A stretch of DNA of 64,000 nt from an uncultured Candidatus Binatia bacterium. GTDB lineage: Bacteria; Desulfobacterota; Binatia; UBA9968; JAJDTQ01. Position numbers and translations under genes: made by a program. Shown piece after piece: positions 27,734-38,082 of this stretch. The stretch's first letter is position 1; each line of letters starts with the position of its first letter. Under the pieces are notes generated by a model. It did not search any database and was not told where the DNA came from. It saw only the letters and a list, made by a program, of their open reading frames with translations. The stretch covers positions 2,624,001 through 2,688,000 of the forward strand of contig OZ219754.1 in the NCBI GenBank assembly GCA_964291295.2, given 5' to 3'.

Positions 27734-29809
27734 ATGAATCACGCGCGGCTACGCTTTCTGTGCCGCTCCGTTGTGGCCCCGGTCGCCCTTTGGCTGGCCG
27801 TGGCGCAGGCTCCACGCGCGGCCGAGCCGACACTCGCGCTTCTGTCGCCGGATCACCAGCAGTCGGACATCGGAACGGAGATCCTGGGAAAGCTCATCAA
27901 GGGCCACTACCGGTCCATCGCGCTTGACGACACGGTCTCGGGAAGGATCCTCGACTCGTACCTCAGTGCCCTGGATCCCGCGCGCAGCTATTTCCGGGCC
28001 GCGGACATCGCGGAGTTCGAGGAGTTGAGAACGCGTCTCGACGACCTGCTGCGAGTCGGCGACCTGAGACACGCCTTCAGGATCTTCAACCGCTATCGGC
28101 AGCGAATGGCTGAACGACTCCGGTTCGTGATCCGCATCATTGATGAGCAGTTCGACTCCCTCGACTTCGAGAAGGACGAGAGCCTCCGGCGTCGGGATTT
28201 CGCCTGGGCCGTTTCCGTGTCCGAACTCGAGGCGCGCTGGCGCAGGCAGGTCAAGGCCGACGTGTTGAGCCGCCTGCTGGCCGGCACCCCTCGGCAAGAG
28301 GTCCGCGAGGCGCTCCGGCGCCGCTACGGCAATCAACAAAAGCGGCTGGCCCAGAGCAACAAGAGCGACGTGTTCCGCCTGTACATGAACTCATTCCTCC
28401 GGGCGGTGGACCCCCATACCGCCTATTTTCCGCCTCACCAGAGCGAAAACTTCAACATACACATGAGCTTGTCGCTGGAAGGCATCGGCGCTGTGCTGCA
28501 GGGCGACGGCGAGAGCGTCAAGGTGGTGCGGCTGGTGGCCGGCGGACCGGCTGACAAGGCCGGAGAACTGAAGCCGGGCGATCGTATCGTCGGCGTCGGG
28601 CAGGGCGAGGAAGGGGAGATGGTGGACACCTTGGGCATGCGCCTGGATGAGGTGGTCACCCGGATCCGCGGGCCCAGGGAGACGACGGTTCGCCTCGAGA
28701 TCATTCCCCACGTGAGCACGACGGAAGAGCGCAGGACCATCAGGATCGTTCGCAACAAGGTCGATCTCGAGGACCAGCGGGCCAGCAGCAGGGTGCTGGA
28801 GGTCAAGGTAGGCGAGCGCACGGAGAAGATCGGCGTCATCAGGCTGCCGACATTCTACGTGGACTTTGCCGCGCTGCGGTCCGGGGACCCCGACTTCAAG
28901 AGCACGGCGGGAGACGTGACACGACTGATCGCCGAGCTGAGCAAGGTCGGGGTCGGCGGGCTGCTCATCGATCTTCGGGACAACGGCGGCGGGGCGCTCC
29001 AGGAGGCCATCTCGCTGGTGGGTCTGTTCATCGACAAGGGTCCGGTGGTGCAGGTCCGCGATGGCCGGGGAGCCGTTCGGCAGCACTCGGATCCGGCCCC
29101 CGGCATCGTCTATCGCGGCCCCTTGGCCGTCCTGGTGAACCGTCTCAGCGCGTCGGCGTCAGAGATCTTCGCGGGAGCCGTTCAGGATTACGGCCGCGGA
29201 CTGGTGCTGGGAGGACAGACCTTCGGAAAGGGGACGGTGCAGACCCTGATCCCGATTCGCCGGGGTCACCTGAAGCTCACCCAGGCCAAGTTCTACCGCA
29301 TTTCCGGAGAGAGCACCCAGCACCGGGGCGTGATACCCGATATCGAGTTTCCGGGTGTCATCGACAAGACGGAAGTGGGCGAAAGCTCCCTGGACAACGC
29401 GCTGCCGTGGGATTCCATCGACCGGGCCCGGTATTCCAGAGCCGGAGAGCCGTCGGCCCTGGTCGAGGCGCTGGCGGCGAGGCACCGGCGGCGTGTCAAC
29501 GCGGACCCGGACCTTGTCCATCTCATGGCACGAATCGCGCGTCTTGAAAGGGAGCGGGGGGAGGCCACCCTCTCGCTGAGCGAGAAGACGCGGCGGGCGA
29601 GGCAGGAGAGCGACCAGCGCCAGGAACTGGAAAACGAAAACACCCGCCGCGTCGCCAAGGGAGAGAAGCCGTTCGCCAGCTTCGCCGAACTCGAGGCCCA
29701 CAGGATCGCCGCGGCCTCATCGTCGCAGGACGATCCCCTGCTTGACGAGGCTGCCCATATCCTCGCCGACTTCATCGACCTGAAGAGCCGCCCCACGGCG
29801 TCCCGGTGA
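27734..29809 (+). CDS. prc: tail-specific (C-terminal processing) protease, S41 family
   Basis: Signal peptide, DPHTAYF, LEGIGAVL PDZ, DLRDNGGG, SASASEIFAGA, TFGKGTVQ, GESTQHRGV. Confidence 0.9.
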   Translation: MNHARLRFLCRSVVAPVALWLAVAQAPRAAEPTLALLSPDHQQSDIGTEILGKLIKGHYRSIALDDTVSGRILDSYLSALDPARSYFRAADIAEFEELRTRLDDLLRVGDLRHAFRIFNRYRQRMAERLRFVIRIIDEQFDSLDFEKDESLRRRDFAWAVSVSELEARWRRQVKADVLSRLLAGTPRQEVREALRRRYGNQQKRLAQSNKSDVFRLYMNSFLRAVDPHTAYFPPHQSENFNIHMSLSLEGIGAVLQGDGESVKVVRLVAGGPADKAGELKPGDRIVGVGQGEEGEMVDTLGMRLDEVVTRIRGPRETTVRLEIIPHVSTTEERRTIRIVRNKVDLEDQRASSRVLEVKVGERTEKIGVIRLPTFYVDFAALRSGDPDFKSTAGDVTRLIAELSKVGVGGLLIDLRDNGGGALQEAISLVGLFIDKGPVVQVRDGRGAVRQHSDPAPGIVYRGPLAVLVNRLSASASEIFAGAVQDYGRGLVLGGQTFGKGTVQTLIPIRRGHLKLTQAKFYRISGESTQHRGVIPDIEFPGVIDKTEVGESSLDNALPWDSIDRARYSRAGEPSALVEALAARHRRRVNADPDLVHLMARIARLERERGEATLSLSEKTRRARQESDQRQELENENTRRVAKGEKPFASFAELEAHRIAAASSSQDDPLLDEAAHILADFIDLKSRPTASR

Positions 29810-29826
29810 GAAGAGCGTGAAAAGAG

Positions 29827-30615
29827 CTATTCGCCGCCGTTGACGTCCACCACCGAGCCGTTGACGAAAGAGGCCGCATCCGAGGCAAGGAACCACACGA
29901 CGCTCGCCACCTCGTCGGCCTTTCCGTGCCGTCCCAGCGCGATGTTCTCCAGACCCTCCGGTTCCATGCGCGCGAGGCTCGTGCCGCCGGGGCGGGGCGT
30001 GTCGATGATCCCCGGGGCCACCGCGTTCACGCGCACATCCGGCCCCCACTGATTGGCCATGTGGAAGGTCAGATTCATCACCGCCGCCTTGGATGTGCCG
30101 TAAGCGGCCATGTTCGGCCGTTCATGCTTGGTGGAACGGCCGGATATGGAACCGACGTTGACGATGGCGCCCTTGCCGCGCTCCTTCATGTGCGGCGCCA
30201 CCGCCCTGGAGCACAGGAACGCCGTCTTCACGTTGACGTCGTAGACGCCCATGAAGTCTTCCGGCGACAGCTCCAGCAGGGTCCCGCGCCGGAATGCCGG
30301 CATCGCCGGGTTGCGGCTGTAGGAGCCGCCGGCGACGTTCAGAAGCGCATCGATGCGGCCGAACCTCTCCAGGGTGGCGGCAACCATCTCCTGGACTCGG
30401 GTCTCTCTGGTGACGTCCACCGCGATACCGGCGGCGCCGACGCCCAAGGCCTCGACCTCCCGGACCACGGGCGGTATGGACTCCGGTGGCAGCGAGGCGA
30501 TCATGATGTTGGAGCCGGCGCGGGCGAAGGCCAGCGCGCAGGCCCGCCCGATGCCGCCGCTGCCGCCGGTGATGAGGGTGGTGCGTCCTTCCAGGGAAAA
30601 GCGTGAGAGATCCAT
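29827..30615 (-). CDS. short-chain dehydrogenase/reductase
   Basis: TGGSGGIG, YGTSK, VNAVAPG. Confidence 0.88.
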   Translation of the reverse strand: MDLSRFSLEGRTTLITGGSGGIGRACALAFARAGSNIMIASLPPESIPPVVREVEALGVGAAGIAVDVTRETRVQEMVAATLERFGRIDALLNVAGGSYSRNPAMPAFRRGTLLELSPEDFMGVYDVNVKTAFLCSRAVAPHMKERGKGAIVNVGSISGRSTKHERPNMAAYGTSKAAVMNLTFHMANQWGPDVRVNAVAPGIIDTPRPGGTSLARMEPEGLENIALGRHGKADEVASVVWFLASDAASFVNGSVVDVNGGE

Positions 30616-30636
30616 GGGTTCCTTCCGTTGGAGGGC

Positions 30637-31560
30637 TCATCCTTCCCACAGGTGGCTGAACTGCACGGCCACCACATCCTGGTAGGGAACGGGCCCGGCA
30701 AGCAATCCGATGTCCTGGGCGAACCGGTTCATGCTGGCGACCACCGGCTCCGGAATACGGGGATCGTAGTAGGGGACGTCACGTTCGATGAGGGTCGCGA
30801 TGAGTCCCGCCTCGTGGGGAGGGTACAGCGCCCGGCCCACGTCCGCCGCCCGTTGCGGGTCCTCCGCCAGCGCCCGTTGGGTCTTGACCAGCGCTCGGAC
30901 CGCGGCGGCGACGGCGTCACCGTGGTCCGTGATCATCCGGTCCGAAGTGATCAGGGCCGGGAACGTGTAGCCCCGGGCCTCGGCCGGCCCCTCGCCGCGC
31001 CGGATGTCGAGAACGACGATGCCGGCACCCTGCCGGACCGCCACCTCCGCCCCCATGCCGTTGGCCCAGAAGCCGTCGATAACGCCTTCGGCCAAGGCCT
31101 TGGCCGCGGTCACGCCGAAAGAGACACCGGGCGCGCTGGCCCCGGGCACGGGCTGAATCTGGATGCCGTCGGCCTCCGGGTCCAGTCCGGCCGCCGCCAG
31201 CATGCGCTTGAGACCCAGGTCCACGCCAGGGGCGGCGCCGATGCGAAGCCCCCGGACGGCTTCGATGTCGCCCCGCCTGACCTCCAGGTCGGACCGCAGC
31301 ACCAGGAACCAGTACATGTGCCGGGCCAACGCCGCCAGCAGCTTGGCGCCCTTCCAGTCCGGAAAGGCGGTGAGGGTCGCATGGGACGAGGCGGCGACGA
31401 AGTCGAGCCCGTGCTCCCTCAGGGTCTCGAAGGTCCGGGGCACCGGAAAGATGGTCTCCAGTTCCATCTCCAGCCCCTCGGCCTTGAAAAAGCCCAGTTC
31501 CACCGCGGCGATGGCGGGGAAGTAGGAGTTCGATACGAAGTCCGGAAGTCCCAGTCGCAT
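30637..31560 (-). CDS. ABC-type substrate-binding protein, NMT1/SsuA/TauA-like
   Basis: YFPAIAAVELGFFKAEGL N-terminal signature; no obvious signal peptide; no permease nearby. Confidence 0.7.
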   Translation of the reverse strand: MRLGLPDFVSNSYFPAIAAVELGFFKAEGLEMELETIFPVPRTFETLREHGLDFVAASSHATLTAFPDWKGAKLLAALARHMYWFLVLRSDLEVRRGDIEAVRGLRIGAAPGVDLGLKRMLAAAGLDPEADGIQIQPVPGASAPGVSFGVTAAKALAEGVIDGFWANGMGAEVAVRQGAGIVVLDIRRGEGPAEARGYTFPALITSDRMITDHGDAVAAAVRALVKTQRALAEDPQRAADVGRALYPPHEAGLIATLIERDVPYYDPRIPEPVVASMNRFAQDIGLLAGPVPYQDVVAVQFSHLWEG

Positions 31561-31635
31561 GGCGCTCCCTTCAAGGAATCGTTGGCACGGGTCCGGATGT
31601 ATCGGATTCGCCGCGCCGTTGCAAAATCGCTGGCC

Positions 31636-33080
31636 TCAACTCCAGTATGTGGTGCGGTCCACCGGGATCGCGTCCAGCACATCCCGGGGCAGGTAGTCGT
31701 GGAGACGGATGCGTTGCAACGCCTCTTCGGGACATTCGGACACGGGCGAGAAGGGGCGGTCCAGCGGCCGCGTGGCGTCGACGACCATGGCCGAGGTGCG
31801 GATGCCCTCGTCCATGGAAGGGTCGATCAGGGGTCCGCGCATCAGATCGGGGATGAGCGACACCTGCCGGTGGGCTGTACCCGGGTGGCCAGAGCCCACA
31901 GGATCTCGGTGGGATTGTAGACGTCGACATCGTCGTCGAAGATGAACACATGCTTGCACTGATCGAAGCTCAACGCCGCCGCGGCCGCCCGCCCCGGGTC
32001 TCCTTCCGACATCTTCCTCATGGCGATGAACACGTTCATGAGGGCGTGCCGGCCGTTCTTGCACACCGCCGTCACCCCGGGCACCGCCTCGCGGCAGCGG
32101 CGCAGATAGGCCCCTTCCCGGGCCAGATCCATCCAGGGCTTGTCGCCGTCGGGAGTGATGACCGACTGATGGATGGCGTCCCGGCGGCGAGTGACGGCGT
32201 GCACCTCCAGTGCGGCCGACTGCCGGAAGCCTTGGGGCCCGACATAGCCGTGGACTTCTCCGAACGGCCCCTCGACTACGCGCTTCCCGGGCACCAGCAC
32301 GCCTTCGATGACGATCTCCGCGTCCGCCGGCACCATCAGCCGATCGCCAAAGGTCTCGGACGGCGTCAGGCGCAGCGGTTCCCGCAGATAGCCGCCGATG
32401 ATCTCGAATTCGTCCGTTTCGAACGGTCCGCGGTAGCAGGCTCCGATGTTGAATGCGGGATGATGGCCGGTCACCGCCGCCACCGGGCATGCCTCCCCGT
32501 TCTCCTCATAGTCCCGGAAGATGCGCCACAGGTGTTGCAGCGACAGGTAGAACCCGGTGTGGTTCCGGTCCTTCACCTCCATGCGATGGTAGGAGACGTT
32601 GTACACGCCGGAAGTGCGGTGCCGGCCAATGCTGGGCATGTCGATGTAGGGGCCGCCATCCATCGCGTGGTGGCGCATGACCGGAAGCTCGAAGAGATCC
32701 ACCGCCGCACCGCGCCGGATGACCTGCCGCACCGGCGCCTCGTTCCCGTCCACCACCACCGGCGGGATGGGGCTGGCCTCCCGCCTCAGGCATTCCAGGG
32801 CCAGTTCGGCTCGATTCATCTCCGGCGGCACCCCGAGGGCGGTCTGGAACTTGCCCATGGAGACTTCACAGTTCATGGCGAGCCGGACCGCGGACGTGTT
32901 CCCGCGGAGATCGGCAGGCCGCTCGAAGAGCAGCACCGGGAACAGCTTGCGATCCGCCAGCTGCGCCATCAGTGCGGAAACGTCATGGCGCGCCGGATTC
33001 ACCGGCCGGGTGACCTGAACCACCTCCCCGGGCCGCCGGCGTCGAAGGTCGTCAAGAAAGGTGCGTAGACTCTTGGCCAT
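31636..33080 (-). pseudogene. UbiD-family (de)carboxylase with single frameshift near 31873
   Basis: MAKSLRTFLDDL, YNVSYHR, EGPFGE, DDDVDVYN..EILWALATRVQP, then continuation HRQVSLI...DPS...VVDATRP in another frame; one C missing in CAGCCC(C)ACCGG. Confidence 0.8.
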
Positions 33081-33109
33081 GAGCGTGCCTGCCGGCGCGC
33101 CGGCTCGGG

Positions 33110-33856
33110 TCAGTGGACGATGTCGCCACCGTCCACCACCAGGGTCTGGCCGGTGACGAAGTCGCTGTCCGGCGAGGCCAGGTAGAGCACCGCGCCGGTG
33201 AGATCCCCGGGCACCTGCCGCCGTTTGATGGACCTCACCTTCACCCGGCTCGCCGAGACCTCGGCGGGGACGGTCTGACCCTCGTGTTCTACCAGGCCGG
33301 GGGCGATGGCGTTGACGTTGATGCCCCAGCCCCCGAGCTCCCGGGCCATGGAACGGGTCATGCCGATCAGCGCCGCCTTGGAGGCGACGTAGTGAAGGAA
33401 GTTCGGCGTGCCGGCCATTGCGGTGTTGGAGGAGATGTTGATGATCTTTCCGCCGCCCTGGCCGCGCATGGACGGCAGCACCGCCCTGGCGCAGAGGAAG
33501 ACCCCCTTGATGTTCACCGCCGTGACCCGGTCCCACTCCTCGACGGAGATTTTGTGGAACGGCCGTCGGTGGATGCCCAGGTAGATGGCGGCGTTGTTGA
33601 CCAGCACGTCCACGCGCCCGAAGGCGTCGATGGTGGTTTGCGCCATGCGCAGGGTGTCGTCCTCGCGTGAGACGTCCACCGTCACCGCCACGGCCTGTCC
33701 GCCGGCTTCCTGGATGTCCCGGGCTGCGGCGGTGCCGTCCAGCATGTCCGCCACCACCACCCGGGCGCCTTCCGCGGCCAGCGCCCTGGCGTAGACCGCG
33801 CCGATGTTGCGCGCGCCGCCGGTGACGATGGCCACCTTGTCGTCAAGTCGTCCCAT
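33110..33856 (-). CDS. short-chain dehydrogenase/reductase
   Basis: TGGARNIG, NNAA, YVASK, TGQTLVVDGG. Confidence 0.9.
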   Translation of the reverse strand: MGRLDDKVAIVTGGARNIGAVYARALAAEGARVVVADMLDGTAAARDIQEAGGQAVAVTVDVSREDDTLRMAQTTIDAFGRVDVLVNNAAIYLGIHRRPFHKISVEEWDRVTAVNIKGVFLCARAVLPSMRGQGGGKIINISSNTAMAGTPNFLHYVASKAALIGMTRSMARELGGWGINVNAIAPGLVEHEGQTVPAEVSASRVKVRSIKRRQVPGDLTGAVLYLASPDSDFVTGQTLVVDGGDIVH

Positions 33857-33957
33857 GTCCGATCCACGATTCCGAAGCCGGCATCCCCGTGCTCCGGCGC
33901 TCCCCTTGTCGCTTCCGCGGCGGCGGCCGTCCGGGCGGAGTCGGCCCGCCGCGCGGC

Positions 33958-35589
33958 CTATACCGCCGCGTTCATCTCACGAAGCTGCCGCCTCAGATCC
34001 AGCGGTTCCCACCAGAGCTTCAGGTCCAGGTCGCGGGCGATGATCTGGGCCGCGTTGTACCCGGGGGCACCGGTGATGTTGCCGCCGGGATGGCACGAGG
34101 AACCGCACATGTAGAGTCCCGGCAACGGTGTGCGGTAGTGGCTCCAGCCGGGAAAGGGGCGGTTCTCCAGGGCCTGGTCGCCGGAATACTCGCCCACCAT
34201 CCAGTCACCCTCGTACATGTTGCGGTCGTGCCGCTCGATATCCAACGGCGTCGTGGAGTCCCGTGAAAGGATGTTGTCGTCGACAAGATTGGGCGCGTAC
34301 TGGCGCCATACCTCCAGTTGCCGTTCGAACCATTCCGTCCGGGCACTGTCCCAGTTGAGCGGATTGCCCCACAGGTTGTAGGGGGCCAGTTGCCACATGA
34401 ACGCGGTGGCCTTGCCCGGCGGTGCCTGGGTCGGGTCGTGATGGGAGGGCGTGGCGCCGTTCATGAAGGGTTTGCGCGGCAACTGTCCGGTGCGGCAGTC
34501 CTCGAACAGGTTGCGCAGCTCCTCATAGGTTTCCAGGCCGACGATGTGCATGAAGCTGTCGGCCACTTCCGGGTGCGCGTCCTCGGTGAGGTACCGGGGG
34601 CGTTCGTGCAGCGCCAGATTGGTGGCGAAGATCGGCGTGGTCTTCGAGAAGCGGAAGCCGCTGGCCTTGGCGTGGAACTCCGGCTCGAGGTTCTCCGATC
34701 CCACCAGCTTGATGAAGGTCTCCACCGGGTTGACGTTGGAGGCGATGAAGCGTTTCGCCTGCACCACCGTCCCGTCTTCCAGCACCACCGCGGTGGCGCG
34801 CCCCCCTTCCACCAGGATGCGTTCCACGCCCACCGCCTCGATGTAGTCGACCCCGTTGTGCGAGAGCATGTGCGCCAGGTTGTCCCCCAGGGCGTGGGAG
34901 GTGCCGCGGCAGAGCTGCGGATTGACTCCCCAGGCGATCATGGCCGGGACCAGGTAGCCGGTGTCGGGCGCGTCCAGTTCATAGCCCCGCATGACCGCCA
35001 GGAAGCCGATGAACGCCCGCACCCGGGTATGCTCGAAGTGCTCCAGAATGAACTGTTCCGGAGTGGTGCCGAAGTAGCGCAGGTACTCCCGGCCCTCGGG
35101 CAGGCGTTCGAGCAGTGGCCGCTTCTCGCTCATGGGGATGGGCGGGCAGTAGGTTTCGGGGAACACGATGTTCTTCACCACCGGCTGCCAGCGGGTCCAG
35201 ATGTCCCGGAAAGTGTCGGCGTCCCGGCGGGAGAACGGCTCGATGGTGGCGATGGTGCGCTCCACGTCGGCGAACCAGCCCAGGAAGGTACGGTCCGGGA
35301 AATGCTGCACCACGCCGGGGTCGGGCTTGTAGTAGTGGATGCCCATGCGCTCCATCTCGAGGTCCTGGAACCACGGGAGCTGCATCAGGCCGCGATGGAA
35401 CACGGAGTGGATATTGTGCCAGAACCCGGGATGGTTCCGGTCCTCGTGGGAATCCAGCCCGCCGCCCACCTCCATGTTCTTCTCGACCACGAGGATCTTC
35501 TGCCCGGACTTGCCCAAGTAGCCGGCGCAGATCATGCCGTTGTGGCCCGCGCCGATCACCACACCGTCGTAGTGCATCACTTTCGCCAC
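33958..35589 (-). CDS. phytoene desaturase-like FAD-dependent oxidoreductase (COG1233)
   Basis: IGAGHNG Rossmann motif, YRTPLPGLYMCGSSCHPGGNITGAPGYNAA. Confidence 0.85.
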   Translation of the reverse strand: MAKVMHYDGVVIGAGHNGMICAGYLGKSGQKILVVEKNMEVGGGLDSHEDRNHPGFWHNIHSVFHRGLMQLPWFQDLEMERMGIHYYKPDPGVVQHFPDRTFLGWFADVERTIATIEPFSRRDADTFRDIWTRWQPVVKNIVFPETYCPPIPMSEKRPLLERLPEGREYLRYFGTTPEQFILEHFEHTRVRAFIGFLAVMRGYELDAPDTGYLVPAMIAWGVNPQLCRGTSHALGDNLAHMLSHNGVDYIEAVGVERILVEGGRATAVVLEDGTVVQAKRFIASNVNPVETFIKLVGSENLEPEFHAKASGFRFSKTTPIFATNLALHERPRYLTEDAHPEVADSFMHIVGLETYEELRNLFEDCRTGQLPRKPFMNGATPSHHDPTQAPPGKATAFMWQLAPYNLWGNPLNWDSARTEWFERQLEVWRQYAPNLVDDNILSRDSTTPLDIERHDRNMYEGDWMVGEYSGDQALENRPFPGWSHYRTPLPGLYMCGSSCHPGGNITGAPGYNAAQIIARDLDLKLWWEPLDLRRQLREMNAAV

Positions 35590-35592
35590 GCT

Positions 35593-37179
35593 TCACCCGC
35601 CTTCCAGATTCAGGTCCTGCCGCATGACGCTCCAGGCGGCCCTGCCGGAGCCGGCCAGGACCGCGTCCGCGGGATGCGTGGCCACACCGACCTGATAGAG
35701 TCCCGCGATGGGTGTCCGGTAATGCGCGAGCTGCGGGATGGGACGGTTCTCGCCCATCTGGTCCGCAGTCTTGCGCGCCACCCACACCGAACCGCGCCGC
35801 ATGTTCTGCCAGCGCCCGGCCAGATAGTGCGGGTCCATGGGCACCTTCATGATGATGTTGTCGTCCGTCAGATTGGTGGCCGCGCCGCGGAGCGCCGCCA
35901 GCACGCGCTCCATGAGATCGCTCCTGAGTGCGCTCCAGGCCTCCGGTCGATGTCCGTCGAGCTGGTACGGGACGGGCATGAACACGGACGCCGTGTGCTT
36001 TGCCGGGGGGGCCTGCAAAGGGTCGAACCAGGTGGGACAGGTGACATGGAGGCAGGGGTGTTCCGGGAACTCGCCGGCCCGGATCTCGCGCCACATCTGC
36101 TTGAGGTCGTCGGTGGAGCAGGGGCCGCAGCTGACGTTCATGGCCTTGCCCACCGCCCCGTCGGCGGCCTCGTGAAGCGCGAACCGCAGCGGCGCCTTGA
36201 GCGCCAGATGGACCTGGAAGCAGGAGAATTCGTCCGGCTCGATGGCGCGCACCGCCTGTGTGAAGGCTTCTTCCAGATGCTCTTCGCCCACCATCTCGAC
36301 GAAGGTGCCGCAAGGGTCGACGTTGGAGACCACCGCCAGCCGGGCCTTCCATTCGCGGCCATCGCGCAGGCGCACGCCGGTGGCGCGTCCGTCCTCCACC
36401 AGGATCTTGTCCACGTGGTGGAGCGCGCGGATCTGGCCGCCGTTCCCGACATAGGCGCGCTGCAGCACTTGGGCGATGGAGTGGGAGCCGCCCCGGGCCA
36501 GCTGCGGCCGCTCGTCCCCGGCCATCAACGCCAGTATCTCCCGCCCGCCGCCCGGGTAGTCGATGGCCCAGCCGCGCGGAATGGCCATCTGCGAGAGCAC
36601 CAGGGTTCGCACCGCCTCGCTGACGAACAGGTGCTCGGCCAGATCGGCCGGGCTCATGCGGGAGAGGCGCAGGAAGTCCGCGCCCTCCGGATGGTTTTCG
36701 ATGCGTGCGTCAAGCGCGCCCCCAGCCTCGGGCGGCGCGTAACAGGAAGGTATGACGATGTCCCGGATGATATCCCGGAAGCGCCGGTGGGCGTCCTTCC
36801 AGACCGCGGCGTCGCCGGTGGAGTGGCGCGCCACGGAGGCCGCCGTTTCGGCGATCTCCTGATGGTGCGAGACCGAGGCGCCGTCGGGCAGCAGCAGCGA
36901 ACTGATGACCGGGGGGGTGACGAACTCGGCGTGGTGGCCGTTTTCCCAGTCGAGCTCTTCCCAGACCGGGGAGATCGCGCGGTTGTCCTGGAAGTAGGCC
37001 AGACTGTTGTGCCAGTAGCCGGGGAGGGTGATCTCCTCGGAGAAGAGCCGCCCGCCGTTTTCCAGCCGGCTTTCGCAGATGACGGTCTCAAGCCCCGCCA
37101 TGCCCAGATAGGTGCCCAGCGCGAAATTGTTCTGCCCCGCGCCAATGAGAATGACGTCCCAGTCCTGGTCCACGGCCAT
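35593..37179 (-). CDS. phytoene desaturase-like FAD-dependent oxidoreductase (divergent paralog)
   Basis: IGAGQNN, YRTPIAGLYQVGVATHP. Confidence 0.8.
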   Translation of the reverse strand: MAVDQDWDVILIGAGQNNFALGTYLGMAGLETVICESRLENGGRLFSEEITLPGYWHNSLAYFQDNRAISPVWEELDWENGHHAEFVTPPVISSLLLPDGASVSHHQEIAETAASVARHSTGDAAVWKDAHRRFRDIIRDIVIPSCYAPPEAGGALDARIENHPEGADFLRLSRMSPADLAEHLFVSEAVRTLVLSQMAIPRGWAIDYPGGGREILALMAGDERPQLARGGSHSIAQVLQRAYVGNGGQIRALHHVDKILVEDGRATGVRLRDGREWKARLAVVSNVDPCGTFVEMVGEEHLEEAFTQAVRAIEPDEFSCFQVHLALKAPLRFALHEAADGAVGKAMNVSCGPCSTDDLKQMWREIRAGEFPEHPCLHVTCPTWFDPLQAPPAKHTASVFMPVPYQLDGHRPEAWSALRSDLMERVLAALRGAATNLTDDNIIMKVPMDPHYLAGRWQNMRRGSVWVARKTADQMGENRPIPQLAHYRTPIAGLYQVGVATHPADAVLAGSGRAAWSVMRQDLNLEGG

Positions 37180-37215
37180 GGATGATATCCCTTCGAATGT
37201 ATTGGCGGCGCCGGT

Positions 37216-38079
37216 TCAGCCCAGTCTGGCAGCGGCCTGTTCGACGGCACGCCGCACGAACACGGCCACGAGGTCGCGCTTGTAGTCGGACGACCCGCGT
37301 ACGTCCTCGATGGGGTCGGCCGCGGCCGCGGCCGCGGCGCCCGCCTCCTCCAACCGTTCCGGTGTGAGATCCCGGCCGCGCAGGAGATCCTCGGCGGTGC
37401 GGGCGCGGAAGATGGTCGGACTCACGGAGTTCAGGGCGATGCGCACATCGTCGCATCGATGCCTCTCGCCGGTCATGGTCACGGCCACCCCCACGGTGGC
37501 GAAGTCCTCCTCGCTGCGCGGCGTGAACTTGATGTGGGACCACGCCGGTCCGGCCGGAGGTGGCACCCGGACCGAGGTGAGAACCTCGTCGGGTTCCAGC
37601 GCGGTCTCGTAGTAGTCCACAAAGAAGTCCTCGACGGACAGGGTGCGCTCGCCGCGGCTGCTGCGCAGGGTCACCTCCGCATCCAGAGCCATGAAGCTGG
37701 CGCCGGGGTCGGTCAACGGATCGCCGTGGGCAAGGTTGCCGCCCACGGTGGCCATCAGCCGAATGCGCGGTTGCGCCACCTTGCGAAAGGTCTCCCGAAG
37801 CAAGGGGTAGTGTTCCCGCACCTCGGGACACAACTCCAGATCCCGGTGTTTCACGCCCGCGCCGATGCGCAATCCGCCGGCGGGATCGCGGGCGATGCCG
37901 TCGAGGCCCGGGACGCGCTCGAGATCGACGACCACCTTGGGGCTCAGGAGACCCATGCGCAACCACATCACCAGAGCGGTGCCGCCCGCCAGGAGCTTGG
38001 CGTCGCCGGCGTGTTCCTGAATCAGTCCGCAGGCCTCGTCGAGGCTCGTCGGTACAAGATATTCGAACTTGGCCCGCAT
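37216..38079 (-). CDS. Mo-hydroxylase FAD-binding (CoxM/CutM-like) subunit
   Basis: LLAGGT, ATVGGNLAHGDP, DVRGSSDYKR. Confidence 0.88.
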   Translation of the reverse strand: MRAKFEYLVPTSLDEACGLIQEHAGDAKLLAGGTALVMWLRMGLLSPKVVVDLERVPGLDGIARDPAGGLRIGAGVKHRDLELCPEVREHYPLLRETFRKVAQPRIRLMATVGGNLAHGDPLTDPGASFMALDAEVTLRSSRGERTLSVEDFFVDYYETALEPDEVLTSVRVPPPAGPAWSHIKFTPRSEEDFATVGVAVTMTGERHRCDDVRIALNSVSPTIFRARTAEDLLRGRDLTPERLEEAGAAAAAAADPIEDVRGSSDYKRDLVAVFVRRAVEQAAARLG

Positions 38080-38082
38080 GGT

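Noticed and set aside
33958-37179. Carotenoid biosynthesis (crtI)
   Set aside because: No phytoene synthase or cyclase nearby; context is catabolic and motifs fit the broader COG1233 family.
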